64,000 nt of DNA from an uncultured Mycoplasmatota bacterium (GCA_900546715.1 UREA01000005.1:5032-69031), one strand, 5' to 3'; shown: positions 46,747 through 58,061, numbered from the stretch's first letter. Notes: generated by a model not told the origin, from the sequence alone. A program made the numbers and translations.

Positions 46747-47187
46747 TCACTCCTTTTTCAAATAATTTATATTAATATCTTGTAATAAATAATCAGTAAT
46801 TTTTTGATAAACTTTTTCTCTTAATGTATCTATATATGCACCTTTTTCTTTCAAATTTTGAGAAGCCGCATGTGTTTTAAAACTCCCCGAAGTCTGAAGA
46901 AGAGCATTAATCTTTGTAGAATTCTGTATTTCTCTATTAAACCATTCTATTACCCAAAAATCAGCTAAAATACTAATTTCAACATTGGTTAAATCAGAAA
47001 TGAACTTTCTTTTATCTACATTATAATCAAGAGACTGTTTGCATTGAAAGAAATTAGGTATTGCATTTATTAAAAATCCATCACAATATTGTTTAAAAAC
47101 ATCCTGACTTTGATTATAAACCTTCATTATCTTATAATCATCAACTTTAACTAAAGCAATATCTATTATTTCATCAAAAGAAGTCAT
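46747..47187 (-). CDS. hypothetical head-tail connector protein
   Basis: Position only. Confidence 0.3.
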   Translation of the reverse strand: MTSFDEIIDIALVKVDDYKIMKVYNQSQDVFKQYCDGFLINAIPNFFQCKQSLDYNVDKRKFISDLTNVEISILADFWVIEWFNREIQNSTKINALLQTSGSFKTHAASQNLKEKGAYIDTLREKVYQKITDYLLQDININYLKKE

Positions 47188-47188
47188 A

Positions 47189-47833
47189 TTATCCCTCCTT
47201 TAAAAGAGGTTCAATATTTATATAATCAATATTTGTCTTATTTTGAAGATACATTAAAATATTAGCATCAACATTCTCTCCATTCAATCTCTTATCAAAA
47301 ACCATAGAATTAATAATAGTTTTTTGACCTAATGGAGCAGATTCATATATAGCAATAAATTCCTCATGATTCTTATCAAGAATATTCTTCATAACAGTAG
47401 GATCAAGAATATTTTTGTATAATCTGGTCAAACGGTTCTTTTGCACAAACTCTTTGTCGTTAATATAATAAGAGCCTCCTTGAGTAATACGAGGCATAGA
47501 ATTTATAATTAATTTTAAATCTGATTCAGGAATATATTTTATAGTATATTGTTTCTCAAATTCATATTTTTTTCCATCTGCTTTTCCAGTAGTACTTAAA
47601 ATCATTTGAGCATTCGTTAAACTAATAACTTCAATATCTCTATCTTCATTACTTGATTCTATATTACTCTGATTATTCAATGCAGATAAAAGTTGATTCA
47701 TCTGTTTTTCAATTTCTAACATCTTTTCTTTTAACTGCATATTTTCTTTTTCTAAATTAGTTATATCTATACTATCAACGACATTTTTCTCATTTTCTTT
47801 AATATTAGTATCGACTTTTTTTGTATATGCCAT
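47189..47833 (-). CDS. hypothetical protein downstream of the capsid gene
   Basis: ORF track. N-terminal coiled coil. Confidence 0.3.
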   Translation of the reverse strand: MAYTKKVDTNIKENEKNVVDSIDITNLEKENMQLKEKMLEIEKQMNQLLSALNNQSNIESSNEDRDIEVISLTNAQMILSTTGKADGKKYEFEKQYTIKYIPESDLKLIINSMPRITQGGSYYINDKEFVQKNRLTRLYKNILDPTVMKNILDKNHEEFIAIYESAPLGQKTIINSMVFDKRLNGENVDANILMYLQNKTNIDYINIEPLLKEG

Positions 47834-47855
47834 TTATTGTTTTCCTTTCTTTCCT

Positions 47856-47892
47856 TTTAAAAAAGAGGAAGGAAAACCTCCCTCTTTTCCCT
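47856..47892 (-). terminator. intrinsic terminator after the major capsid gene
   Basis: On the - strand: aagagggagg tttt ccttcctctt, followed by tttt. Confidence 0.6.
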
Positions 47893-47912
47893 ATTATCCA
47901 ACAAAATAAATA

Positions 47913-49034
47913 TTAAGCATTCATATTATAAACGCCACTGACTGCACCAGATAAGAACTCAAAACCAAATCTCTTATTAATAGTAAAGTTGCTGGTTAAA
48001 TCAGCATTATCATAATAATCATTAGAATTTGTTAGAGTGCTCCCCTCAATAACACCTTTGACAATCTTATCAGTAGCAGGGCTAATAACAAATAATAGAT
48101 CATCATTTAAAGCAAGACCATAATTGGTGAAATCACCAGTAGCCACTTGAGGTAACTCCATGAAATCATACCCATAAATATTACGAATTAGCTGAATATT
48201 CATATTAGCAGAATCTGCATTAATTCTATAACCATTGGCAGAATCAGGTAATACCTTGGAAAGAGCTAAAGTAGTGCCAGCAATAACAGGTTTCATATTG
48301 AAATTATATGCCTGAACAGTCTGAGCTAACTTAATTAACTTCTGAATGTCAAATGCACCCTCAATCTTTAGAGCAGCAGGACGATTAACACCAATTAGAC
48401 CAGCAGTTACAGCACCGTATGCTTCCTTAGTCATTTCAGTCTCAATAGAAAGAACTGCAATGCGAGCAAATTCAGCCAAAGACTGACGACCAGATAAAAC
48501 AGCATACATATCAACAGAAGTAGTAATCACATGATTAAATACAGGAATAGTAGCATCAGACTTGTATTGTTTCTGAATTAGAGTCTGACGCTGTGCATTC
48601 CCGCCTCTGGACACAGTCATTAAAGAGCGAGGAGGAACCTTAAATAAAGGAACATCACCAAAACCAATCTGACGAATTTCGGTATAAAGACCAATCTCAT
48701 TAATAATAGTAGCAGGTAAAATGGTCTCAATCATCATCGTGACTACCGCAAAAGTAGACCACTTAAAATTAGGATTAGAAGCCCAAATTTCAGCAGGAAC
48801 ATTTTCAGGACGCTTTACACCCGCAAAGCGTTCAATCTCACAAAGCATAGCTTCATGAACTCTCTTTTCCTTTTCAGCAAAAGAAATGGGCTTGCCCTCT
48901 TTAGTCATGGTTTCATAAGAGCCAATATTCTTTTTTAAAAACTCATCAGAATAATGACGATAATAATCGGCAAACTGCTCATAAACAGTAGTATTGCCAT
49001 TAGAAAATTTTACAATATCATTAGATAATTTCAT
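47913..49034 (-). CDS. major capsid protein
   Basis: 373 aa. Strong RBS aaaggagg and a terminator directly after. Sits in the order portal, scaffold, capsid. Confidence 0.6.
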   Translation of the reverse strand: MKLSNDIVKFSNGNTTVYEQFADYYRHYSDEFLKKNIGSYETMTKEGKPISFAEKEKRVHEAMLCEIERFAGVKRPENVPAEIWASNPNFKWSTFAVVTMMIETILPATIINEIGLYTEIRQIGFGDVPLFKVPPRSLMTVSRGGNAQRQTLIQKQYKSDATIPVFNHVITTSVDMYAVLSGRQSLAEFARIAVLSIETEMTKEAYGAVTAGLIGVNRPAALKIEGAFDIQKLIKLAQTVQAYNFNMKPVIAGTTLALSKVLPDSANGYRINADSANMNIQLIRNIYGYDFMELPQVATGDFTNYGLALNDDLLFVISPATDKIVKGVIEGSTLTNSNDYYDNADLTSNFTINKRFGFEFLSGAVSGVYNMNA

Positions 49035-49054
49035 ATTATTAAAAACCTCCTTTA

Positions 49055-49612
49055 TTAAGAAATAGTAGCTTCAGGATTCTTTACTACTTCTAATATATGA
49101 GCAGGTAAATAATCTTGCCCAATCACAATAGCCTCAGTGCCTTGATACTGAGCGACAAAACCAGTTACAGCAGTAGCAGTAGAGGCAGCCTGCCATTCAC
49201 CATTAGCATCTGCATAACCATACTTATTAGTAGAAGAAGGTTTGGTGTTATCACCAAAAGTAGTCTCAGAAACATGAATGATATCACCAGGCATTAAACG
49301 AATGATGTCAAAAGGAGTGCCAGCAGGAATAGAGAACTCACGAGGATCATCGTATAGATTGCCACAAACTTCCTTAGACACTTCAGGACCACGGACCATC
49401 CACACATCATTCACATTACCATCAATAACAGAAGTTAAAGTTGCAGGAAAAACATACCCCATACCTTGAGCAGCACCTGTACCCATTGTATCTAACGTAA
49501 CTAAAGAACCATTATATACAGTGGTCTTAGAAACTGCCACTCTGTTTAAGGAATCAACATTCTGAGACATTGCAGTTTTATAATAAACTACAGGAAAATT
49601 ATTCTTTGCCAT
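49055..49612 (-). CDS. capsid-associated protein (decoration-like by position)
   Basis: 185 aa, between the scaffold-like and capsid genes. Confidence 0.3.
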   Translation of the reverse strand: MAKNNFPVVYYKTAMSQNVDSLNRVAVSKTTVYNGSLVTLDTMGTGAAQGMGYVFPATLTSVIDGNVNDVWMVRGPEVSKEVCGNLYDDPREFSIPAGTPFDIIRLMPGDIIHVSETTFGDNTKPSSTNKYGYADANGEWQAASTATAVTGFVAQYQGTEAIVIGQDYLPAHILEVVKNPEATIS

Positions 49613-49632
49613 AATTACCTATTCTCCTTTTA

Positions 49633-51270
49633 TTACCAAATAGAATTTATTTTACTTTCAACTTGCACAGGATTAGCAAAACTCCACATAGTACCTTTTT
49701 GAGCTTTTTTCTTAACTCCCGTTTCAAAACAAAATGCTTTGACCTTATTAGCCCAAGCATCTACACCGTCAACAGAGCATTGTAATCCTTCATCACGAAA
49801 CTCTTTGTATTTATCATCAGATAAACAATCTTTTACTTCACTCATAACAGATTCAACAGATGCTGCAAGAGTTTGTTTATCAGCAGCTTCTTTAAATGCA
49901 CGAAGCTCAGATAGCTCTTTCTCCATATCTTTCATCTGCTTATCTTTGTCCATAATAATATTCTTATTATCTTCAACATCTTTAGATAAACGATCTATTT
50001 CAGCCATCGCTTCATCAATAGACATTTCTTTTTTCTCAGACATTTTCTGATCCTTGTCTTTCTTCACAGTATCCCAATGAATATCTGCATCAACAGTTTT
50101 ATCGTCTTTATCAACTTTTATATCGGCTTCTACACGATAACGAACATCATCCTTAGTATAAATAATATGATCTTTTTCAATACTATCTACATAAGCATCT
50201 CTACCTTCATGCTCTTGAACTTCTTCGATAACATCGGCCCAAGCCTTACGACCTTCAATTTCATCAAAATATTTGGTGCTCATTTCAGTGTCAGCCTCCT
50301 TTCCTTCTTTAAATAATCCTAATTTACGCTGAATCTTTTCTACCTTAGAAACAACAGAAGAAACATTTTCTTTTTTTGCATATCCTAAAGCAGAAGATAA
50401 ACCATCTCTATTATAAACAAAAGTATCGCCTTTTAATTCCATAACAGGATATTTCAAATGCTCAGAAGGAGCGTCTTCCCACCCATCTTCTACAAGCATA
50501 TAAACATCTTTAACAAGTGTATTTTTATTAGATGCTCCCATTATGTCATTTCGTAGTTTTGTTTTATCTACTTCGCCCCAAGGCTTATCAGACAACGCCT
50601 CTTTTGATTTATCAATTTTATATTTCTTTTCTTCAGACATTCTATTTTTCCTTTGATCCATAAAATTTTCAAGATTTGAACATTTTTTCTTGCAATCTTC
50701 AAAAAAAGCATTTGCCTCTGTTTCAGAAAATCGAGTGAATACAATATCAGAACCTGGGCAACTTGGATTAATATGCTTCCCTAATGTAGTTACTCCTACA
50801 ATATTAAAATCTAATACTTCATGTTCATCTTCTTCTGAAGTATGAACATTCATTTCTACACTCACATTTCTTAAATTATCAGATTCAAACATAGCACAAT
50901 AATTTTTAGCATATACTTTACTAATAATTACATCAACATAAGATTTTAAATATCCATCTTCATCATAAACAAAATCTACTTCTTGATCTCTTGGAACCAT
51001 ACCAACTATATATTCTTGTTCTGTATGAGTGCCGGCATCTACAACTCCTGTCATATCTGCTACAATCCATTTACCAAGAACACTTGGTGCTGATTCCTTT
51101 AATACTGTCTCACTAATATTTAATTGGTGAGAATTAGGACGTGTTGAAAGAAAACCCATTTTCCCTATGGCAAATTCACTGTTTTCATATTCACTCGAAT
51201 TTATTCTTTTTACTTCGTTAATAGAAAAACGAGCCATTTTCCCCAATTCTTTCTCACTCCCTTCTATCAT
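49633..51270 (-). CDS. scaffolding / prohead-maturation protein
   Basis: The C-terminal half is a highly charged coiled coil (KDKDQKMSEKKEMSIDEAMAEIDRLSKDVEDNKN..). Located between the portal and capsid genes. Confidence 0.4.
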   Translation of the reverse strand: MIEGSEKELGKMARFSINEVKRINSSEYENSEFAIGKMGFLSTRPNSHQLNISETVLKESAPSVLGKWIVADMTGVVDAGTHTEQEYIVGMVPRDQEVDFVYDEDGYLKSYVDVIISKVYAKNYCAMFESDNLRNVSVEMNVHTSEEDEHEVLDFNIVGVTTLGKHINPSCPGSDIVFTRFSETEANAFFEDCKKKCSNLENFMDQRKNRMSEEKKYKIDKSKEALSDKPWGEVDKTKLRNDIMGASNKNTLVKDVYMLVEDGWEDAPSEHLKYPVMELKGDTFVYNRDGLSSALGYAKKENVSSVVSKVEKIQRKLGLFKEGKEADTEMSTKYFDEIEGRKAWADVIEEVQEHEGRDAYVDSIEKDHIIYTKDDVRYRVEADIKVDKDDKTVDADIHWDTVKKDKDQKMSEKKEMSIDEAMAEIDRLSKDVEDNKNIIMDKDKQMKDMEKELSELRAFKEAADKQTLAASVESVMSEVKDCLSDDKYKEFRDEGLQCSVDGVDAWANKVKAFCFETGVKKKAQKGTMWSFANPVQVESKINSIW

Positions 51271-51294
51271 TTAATTATATATAAAATCGTTAAA

Positions 51295-51474
51295 TTAATA
51301 ACGATTTTTTATTTTATTCAGAATTTTTTCTAACTTTTTTCCCTTTTTAAAGTACAAATTACCTTCATAATCTTTCCACTCAGGCGGTAATCCTGCTTGA
51401 TGAATTTTAATAGCTTCTTCCCCATCTGCTACATAATATAATTCATAATTAGAAGGTTCCCCAATACGTATCAT
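51295..51474 (-). CDS. small hypothetical ORF (59 aa)
   Basis: ATG at 51474 with RBS gaggat. Translates to MIRIGEPSNYELYYVADGEEAIKIHQAGLPPEWKDYEG.. . Falls below the track threshold. Confidence 0.25.
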   Translation of the reverse strand: MIRIGEPSNYELYYVADGEEAIKIHQAGLPPEWKDYEGNLYFKKGKKLEKILNKIKNRY

Positions 51475-51502
51475 TTTATATCCTCTTCAAAAATAATTGA
51501 TT

Positions 51503-52015
51503 TTAATTATCTTTACCTAAAATCCAAAATCCATCAATATGTCTGTCAAAACTGGGATTAGTTCCATAAATAGATATTTTATCACTTAATAAAATAGCTT
51601 GTTCAACTATTTCATTAAAATCTTCTAACATATCAAGCATATCTACATAAACATGTAAATCATCATTATGTTGTGCTATTTTACAAACACCCATCATAGC
51701 AATTTGAAAATCTAACATTCTTTCTTCCATATCTTTAATAATTTCTTCCACCGAAGAATAATCTTGTCCAGCCGATGGAGTGGCAGGATAATAAACTGGA
51801 ATATTATATCTTTCTAAGGTCTTTTCTCCAATTTCATCTGCCAATAATGGAAAATAATGCGCTATACCTTTATGAATTAAATTGGATGTATTATTATATG
51901 CAAATTTTGTTCCCAAAATAGACACTAAACGATCTAAATATCTATTTTCAACAAAACATTTGCCAATTAATTCAATTAAAGAGTTTTGAGTCTCTTGAGT
52001 TACAATCATTTTCAT
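51503..52015 (-). CDS. hypothetical helical protein (possibly ferritin/Dps-like four-helix bundle)
   Basis: Only a weak resemblance to Dps helices (..HKGIAHYFPLLADEIGEKTLERYNIP..). Confidence 0.25.
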   Translation of the reverse strand: MKMIVTQETQNSLIELIGKCFVENRYLDRLVSILGTKFAYNNTSNLIHKGIAHYFPLLADEIGEKTLERYNIPVYYPATPSAGQDYSSVEEIIKDMEERMLDFQIAMMGVCKIAQHNDDLHVYVDMLDMLEDFNEIVEQAILLSDKISIYGTNPSFDRHIDGFWILGKDN

Positions 52016-52025
52016 CTCTACCTTA

Positions 52026-53594
52026 TCAAATATTACTTTCTACATCTCTATTCATTTGACCAGATTCAGATAAATCTATGTCATCTTTTTTAGGACGCCC
52101 TGGACTATTCTGCCCCGTAGTATTAGAATTCAACATTAATGTACTAAATTTATTTATCCAATCGCTATATTTAGACTCTTCTAAACTTCTCTCAAAAATT
52201 TGAGGTTCTATTCCCATTGCAGAAGCCCACATACTTTGATTCAGAACTAATCCTTTATCAGCCAATTTACAAATTCTGTCAAACCGTTTTTCTCTATCAA
52301 AAGAATAAGTACATCCAGAAAAATGAAATTTAAATTTATATTTTTTAGTTAATTGATTAACATAATAATCTAAAAAGTTCTCAAACTGATAATACATAGA
52401 ACTCATAGTATTATATTGATCTGTGATTCCAGCTTCAATTTCCGCATTACTCATTCTATCAGATGAATAAATAATTCTACTAACACCAGAACCAACACCA
52501 GCAGAAGTTGATAATTGATCTTGATACATAGAACTATTATTATCATTAAATTGATAATATTTGGTATTTTCAGTAGGAAGGGCACCTAATTTAATTTGCC
52601 GACCTAATCCTTCTTTAGCTTTCCCCATAAAACTGCCTAATGTAACAGGATCAATAGCAAACTGATTAGCTTTTGTTCCTGATTTAGCGTTATCAAATAA
52701 TCTTATTTCGCCAGCTAAAATGGCAGAAGCAGCAATTATATCTTTATCATATTGTAATTTTTCTATTTCATCATTTCTAATAGCATTCTTTAGAAAAGGT
52801 GCCAAAAACGGAACTTGAGCAAAATTATTAGGATTCCATTTAAAAGCCCATGCCCCGTTTTCAGGAGAAGTCTGTGCCCAATATGCAAATTGTCCAGTTC
52901 TATTATTTAAAGGATTTGTCGGCCTATAATTAATAGGATTTTTTACATCTTCAAATACTCTTTTATAAGTTTTAGCTAAAGAAGGATCATATCCATCAAG
53001 ATCAGTTCCCGGTTGTAAAAAGTAATTAAAATCAAAATCCCAAAGCAATCCTTTTTCCCATTTTCCAGTTAATAAACAGTAATCTTGAGGCATGGTTTGT
53101 AAAGCAAATTTCATGCCTTTATTGCCCCATTTGGTTTTTCTATACCATACAAAATCTGTCTCGTGGGCAAGAACCTCAACTAATACTTCTTTAAATTCTT
53201 TTTTATATTTAAAATTATCAAGGAAATTATATACTCTTTTTTTATCTTCTTTATATAAATCCGATTGATAATCTTCTTCTGTAAAAGCATTGACACAAGT
53301 TAAATCTAAATCAAAAGCCAAAACATTTGCATAGCTATACAAAGTTCTTTTAAATATCATATCAAATTGAGTCATAAACTCTGTATATCCTTGCAAATTT
53401 TTCTCGTTCTGTTTATATTCAGACAATGCTTCACAAATTTTATTAAATGTAGGGATTCGTGGATTATTATTCAAATTTTGTAATAATTGATTACTTAACC
53501 AAGGAGTAAACAGTCCATAATTCTCAGAATAATATAGACCCTGAGCAAAATCAATTACATCTTTTACTCTTTCTTTACTAATATAATCAGACAT
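52026..53594 (-). CDS. portal protein
   Basis: 522 aa, immediately downstream of the large terminase. Confidence 0.6.
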   Translation of the reverse strand: MSDYISKERVKDVIDFAQGLYYSENYGLFTPWLSNQLLQNLNNNPRIPTFNKICEALSEYKQNEKNLQGYTEFMTQFDMIFKRTLYSYANVLAFDLDLTCVNAFTEEDYQSDLYKEDKKRVYNFLDNFKYKKEFKEVLVEVLAHETDFVWYRKTKWGNKGMKFALQTMPQDYCLLTGKWEKGLLWDFDFNYFLQPGTDLDGYDPSLAKTYKRVFEDVKNPINYRPTNPLNNRTGQFAYWAQTSPENGAWAFKWNPNNFAQVPFLAPFLKNAIRNDEIEKLQYDKDIIAASAILAGEIRLFDNAKSGTKANQFAIDPVTLGSFMGKAKEGLGRQIKLGALPTENTKYYQFNDNNSSMYQDQLSTSAGVGSGVSRIIYSSDRMSNAEIEAGITDQYNTMSSMYYQFENFLDYYVNQLTKKYKFKFHFSGCTYSFDREKRFDRICKLADKGLVLNQSMWASAMGIEPQIFERSLEESKYSDWINKFSTLMLNSNTTGQNSPGRPKKDDIDLSESGQMNRDVESNI

Positions 53595-53607
53595 TTTTCC
53601 TCCTTTC

Positions 53608-55464
53608 TCACCAAATTAATTGAATTGAATTTAAATCTATTTCTTCTTGTTGTTGATTTTTTGCATATCTATTGTCAAACCGTTCAGCAATATAATTGGC
53701 ATAAGCAAGCACGATTGCCCTATCCTTAAATCCTGAACGAGGTTCTTTTAATCTTACTAAACCATTTCTATATTCAGCAGATAAATTTACACATTCATGT
53801 ATTAATTCATCTGTTTGTCCATAAGGAGCTATTGAATAAGCATATTGATCTGGAGTTAATTTATAAAATTCTCCATTATCCTCTAAATTGTTTTGAGCTT
53901 CCTCAGCATTAATTAAAAATTTAATATTATTAATTTCAAGCTGCTTTTTTAAACTTTGCCAAACCAAACTATTTAATTCCAAAGTACCAATAAAAGGAAT
54001 TAAACAAGGAATCGCATTTTTATCAACTGTTCTATTAGATAACTCTTCCATTTTCCCAGAAGTTATTATTTGAACATCTTTGTCTAAACATAAAGTAAAA
54101 CCACTATTATTCCAATAAAAACCTCTTTCAGGATGTTCTGTTTTATTAGAGAGAAAATCATATATTGTTTCACCACCAGACCTGTTATCATATATTAAAT
54201 AATCAGCCTGATAATCATAATATAATTCTTTCATTCTTAAAACAATTTGATCGGCTCGGCCCCCTGGACGTGTCTCTATATAGTCTATATGTCTTTCAAA
54301 AGAAAACTTTTTCCAATGTAAAGACATGCACATAAAAACTGTATGGTCATTATTTTGTCTTGAACTATTTCCACTAAAAGCCAGGTCTGCTATAACAAAT
54401 CTAATTTCATTCAATTTTTTATCTTGCATAGACAAAGGCGCTTCATCAATAATATCTTTGATTTTAGGAGGATAAAAACATTGACTTAATACTTGATTAT
54501 TTCTAAATGATTCAATATTAAAATAACCATTTTCATTTATACGGAACATTTCATTTAAAATTTCCATACGAAAATCTGTTGTTGTCATAGATTTTTTATT
54601 TTTCCTATAATCTGCCCAAGTTCTTGACCCATCTTCAATAGCTGTGAAAATATCCTGCGCAAAAGGAATAAATCTTTCATGTTTAGAAGTATAATAATGC
54701 TTTGTAGTATCTATAAATTTTTTAAAAAACCACTCATAACTATATCTGGCAGAAGTTATATACATTGACTTAGCTTCTTCTTGCCATCTTTTTGTATTGT
54801 ATTTTGGATTCGACAAATATTTAGCTTGACGAACATGCCCCATAGGTTCAAATACAGAAGAAATAATACTTGGTTTTAATAATCTCGTCTCTTCATATAT
54901 ATTATAGGTTGAACGCGATCCTCTACTTGATTCGAGGCAAGGTAAAACCGTTATAGTTGAACCATTTAGTTTATTTTCTACTGTATAAGCGCCCTCAGCA
55001 GTATTTGATTTAGTAATTACTATATACTCATTTTCATACATATATAATAAATAAGGAGATAATTTTTTTATAATTTCATCTCTTATTTTCTTTTCAACTA
55101 ATTTTGCTGCTTGAGGTATAGTAGAAGAAGTTATAACAATTTCTGAATAAGGATATAAAGAAAAAGCACATATTGCAGCAATACCAGCACGAAAAGATTT
55201 TGCAGCACCTCTTGTTGCTATTTCAAAATATTCATTAGCAACTCCAGCCATATGTAAAGAAAATTTTTGTAATGGATATAATTTAATTTGCAAAACTTGT
55301 TCACAAAACAAATCCCAATTTCTTCTATAATATGATATCCACTTTTTTACATTAGCTCTTTGTTTTTCTGAAAGCCAAGAATCATAATTTATATTAGTAG
55401 TAGATAATTGTTTATTTAGAAATTGACGACGTAAATTTTTCCCATGATTAATAGGTAAACTCAT
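53608..55464 (-). CDS. terL: terminase large subunit
   Basis: Walker A-like ATRGAAKSF. 618 aa. Position upstream of the portal gene. Confidence 0.7.
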   Translation of the reverse strand: MSLPINHGKNLRRQFLNKQLSTTNINYDSWLSEKQRANVKKWISYYRRNWDLFCEQVLQIKLYPLQKFSLHMAGVANEYFEIATRGAAKSFRAGIAAICAFSLYPYSEIVITSSTIPQAAKLVEKKIRDEIIKKLSPYLLYMYENEYIVITKSNTAEGAYTVENKLNGSTITVLPCLESSRGSRSTYNIYEETRLLKPSIISSVFEPMGHVRQAKYLSNPKYNTKRWQEEAKSMYITSARYSYEWFFKKFIDTTKHYYTSKHERFIPFAQDIFTAIEDGSRTWADYRKNKKSMTTTDFRMEILNEMFRINENGYFNIESFRNNQVLSQCFYPPKIKDIIDEAPLSMQDKKLNEIRFVIADLAFSGNSSRQNNDHTVFMCMSLHWKKFSFERHIDYIETRPGGRADQIVLRMKELYYDYQADYLIYDNRSGGETIYDFLSNKTEHPERGFYWNNSGFTLCLDKDVQIITSGKMEELSNRTVDKNAIPCLIPFIGTLELNSLVWQSLKKQLEINNIKFLINAEEAQNNLEDNGEFYKLTPDQYAYSIAPYGQTDELIHECVNLSAEYRNGLVRLKEPRSGFKDRAIVLAYANYIAERFDNRYAKNQQQEEIDLNSIQLIW

Positions 55465-55470
55465 ACTTTA

Positions 55471-56337
55471 TCATTCCTCTTCAATAGGAATATCTGGATA
55501 TATAGTATCACCTGTCAAAATATTTTTCATAGACCTCATCCAACTATTATAAATCTTTTCATAACCTGCAATATCACTATATTTTGCTCGATCTTCTTCT
55601 TCCGCTGGTTCAGTTTCTTCTATCATCCAAGCAATTCTATCAATAAATTTTTGGCGTTCATCTTTTTGATTTATAGAAAAGTCATTCATTTTTAACAAAT
55701 TAAGTTGCTTATTCAAACTTTCTTGAGCACGACTAATCTCTGTACCATCATTAATCTCATTGGCTTTTCGCAATCTTAATTCACATTTCGCCAAATCTCT
55801 AAATCTTTTTTCTAAATTAACATCTATATCTAATAATTCAGAAGTATATTCTTCATACGTTTTATTTAAAAACTCATAAGATTCTCGGTCAAGTTGTTTA
55901 GTATTTATATCAACATAAAAATTACCCCAAATTTTTCTTTCTTCTTCTAAATTCAATTCTTGCTTTGGGACAATTTCATCTTTTTTTATTTGAATTAGAT
56001 CATCTAACATGACATCACTTTCCCAAAATCCGTTCACAAGACGACCATCTTCTATCAAAGTTTTTAAATACAATAATAAATAATCTTTTCCTCTACGTCC
56101 AGCAGAAGGATAAGTTTCTACAATTTTCCATATTTCAGAAATAAAAGGAATGCCAATTTCAGATAACACCAGCCAAAAAGCAGCAGATTTTTTATCTAAT
56201 ATATTTTCATACTCTTTTAATTTTTGTCCACAGCAATTTTTGCATAAAAATATATATTCTTCTTTAATTTTAGGAGATTTATAAAATTCTTTAGAATCTT
56301 TTATTTCTCCACAACACCCACATAATTTTCTTCCCAT
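55471..56337 (-). CDS. possible terminase small subunit (N-terminal zinc ribbon)
   Basis: CGCCGE...CKNCC. Position upstream of terL. Confidence 0.35.
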   Translation of the reverse strand: MGRKLCGCCGEIKDSKEFYKSPKIKEEYIFLCKNCCGQKLKEYENILDKKSAAFWLVLSEIGIPFISEIWKIVETYPSAGRRGKDYLLLYLKTLIEDGRLVNGFWESDVMLDDLIQIKKDEIVPKQELNLEEERKIWGNFYVDINTKQLDRESYEFLNKTYEEYTSELLDIDVNLEKRFRDLAKCELRLRKANEINDGTEISRAQESLNKQLNLLKMNDFSINQKDERQKFIDRIAWMIEETEPAEEEDRAKYSDIAGYEKIYNSWMRSMKNILTGDTIYPDIPIEEE

Positions 56338-56356
56338 TTTTCCTTTATTCTAATAT

Positions 56357-57583
56357 TTAGTTTAAATATATAACCTTTTCCCAAGTTTTATTATTGTCTT
56401 CAAATAATATAAATTTAGCTCCAGCTCTTGCTAATTTACGATTCTTCCGACTAAATTCATCTATTCCAATTAAACTTGGAACTATTATTATTTCTTTGTC
56501 GCCAGTAGGACTATATCCAAGACTTATTTGTTCTTGATGATGAAAATGCCCCATTAATAAAATATCAATAGTAATATTATGATATTGTTCCCAATAAGAT
56601 ATTTCATTAATATTTTTTTTGCTATCATCTCCATGAATAGCTAAAATATTAATACCTTCAATTTGTTTAAAACTAAAATCACTATAAGGATCAACTTTAA
56701 TATTCTGATTATCTTTTAATCTTAAAGCTATAAACTCTCTGATTACTTTACCTAAATTTTCAGATTCCCAATTCCTCCCTGTTGAAATCAATCTTAATTC
56801 AGAATGATTTCCTCCTAAACATGAAAATTCAATTTGAATATTTAATTCATTTTGTATTTTATTTAAAAATTGAGATATCATTTCAGCATATTGTAAAACA
56901 CTATCAATAACACCTGTTTTTAATTTAGCTATATCTGATAATCTTAATATATTTTGTATACCATCACCAAGATCAAAAACAATTAATTTTTTATTATTAA
57001 AATTATTTTTATAATCTTTAATAACTGTATCAGCTAATTTATTTAATCTTTTTTTTAATATATCTGGAGAATAAATATTTATAGGTTCATTAAACACTGT
57101 TTGCATATTAATCTCAACACCATTGTGAGCGTCAGATATACAAAGTACAGCAGTTTGTTTACTATTAAATTTGTCTTGTATAGTATTAGAAAAAATTAAA
57201 GCAGGCATATTATCAATAGCTTCTTTAATTTTTTCATTAAATAATTCAAAACGTGAAATATCTCTAACGTATTGATTATATTCTAAATTAATTGTTTGTA
57301 TTTTTTTGCGTTCTTTTTCCAATTCTTTTTTAGCAATTAAAATTTCTTGTAATTTATTTTCATCTTGAATATTGTTAATTTCATCGTTTTCAAGAATTGA
57401 TAAAAATTTTTCAAAAAATACAAAACAACGTCGAGTATTTTCTTCTCCATATATATTTTCATTTAACAAAGATTTAGCCCATTCTTTATAACTAATAGTT
57501 TTATTAGATAATGCCCGAGTTACTCTTTTAGAAAAAGATAAATAAGATTCATTTTTTTTTCTATCCATTTTTTTTATCATCAA
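56357..57583 (-). CDS. calcineurin-like metallophosphoesterase
   Basis: Motifs ISDAHNG, DLGDGIQN, GGNHSE, IHGDD and GHFHH. Confidence 0.65.
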   Translation of the reverse strand: MMIKKMDRKKNESYLSFSKRVTRALSNKTISYKEWAKSLLNENIYGEENTRRCFVFFEKFLSILENDEINNIQDENKLQEILIAKKELEKERKKIQTINLEYNQYVRDISRFELFNEKIKEAIDNMPALIFSNTIQDKFNSKQTAVLCISDAHNGVEINMQTVFNEPINIYSPDILKKRLNKLADTVIKDYKNNFNNKKLIVFDLGDGIQNILRLSDIAKLKTGVIDSVLQYAEMISQFLNKIQNELNIQIEFSCLGGNHSELRLISTGRNWESENLGKVIREFIALRLKDNQNIKVDPYSDFSFKQIEGINILAIHGDDSKKNINEISYWEQYHNITIDILLMGHFHHQEQISLGYSPTGDKEIIIVPSLIGIDEFSRKNRKLARAGAKFILFEDNNKTWEKVIYLN

Positions 57584-58061
57584 TCATTTTCTTAAAATCT
57601 TTTTTAGAATTTTCAATTCTAACGCTACTAATACTACCATAGCTTTCTAATTTTTGAGCTCTAACTTCTCTTAAATAATCTCTTTTACTCAATTTTTGAT
57701 TTTTCAATCTTTTTCTAAATTGCTTAGTTACTCCTTGCATATTTATATCATTAATAAAATGATCGCTTGCCGTAAAGAAAGGAACATCACGTTCTGGAAC
57801 TCTATAAGTAACTAAATTACCTTTAGGATCATGTTGCACAGACATTTGTTCTTTCATTCTTTTAGTATAGAAATTTCCAATAAATGGTACTCTACATTTT
57901 CCTTTATAATATACTTCATGTATTATAAACTCTAAAAAACCTTGTTCCCAATATTCTTTTACTTTTTCTGGAGAAATATTCAATTTTTTACTTACTCCAA
58001 TATAAAATTCCTTGTCAGTCAAATATGTTATTTTTGAAGCCATATTATTCCTCTTTGTCAA
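57561..58061 (-). CDS. HU/IHF-like DNA-binding protein (extended)
   Basis: ..KCRVPFIGNFYTKRMKEQ....DPKGNLVTYRVPERDVPFFTAS.. resembles the HU arm region. Confidence 0.4.
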   Translation of the reverse strand: MTKRNNMASKITYLTDKEFYIGVSKKLNISPEKVKEYWEQGFLEFIIHEVYYKGKCRVPFIGNFYTKRMKEQMSVQHDPKGNLVTYRVPERDVPFFTASDHFINDINMQGVTKQFRKRLKNQKLSKRDYLREVRAQKLESYGSISSVRIENSKKDFKKMIDDKKNG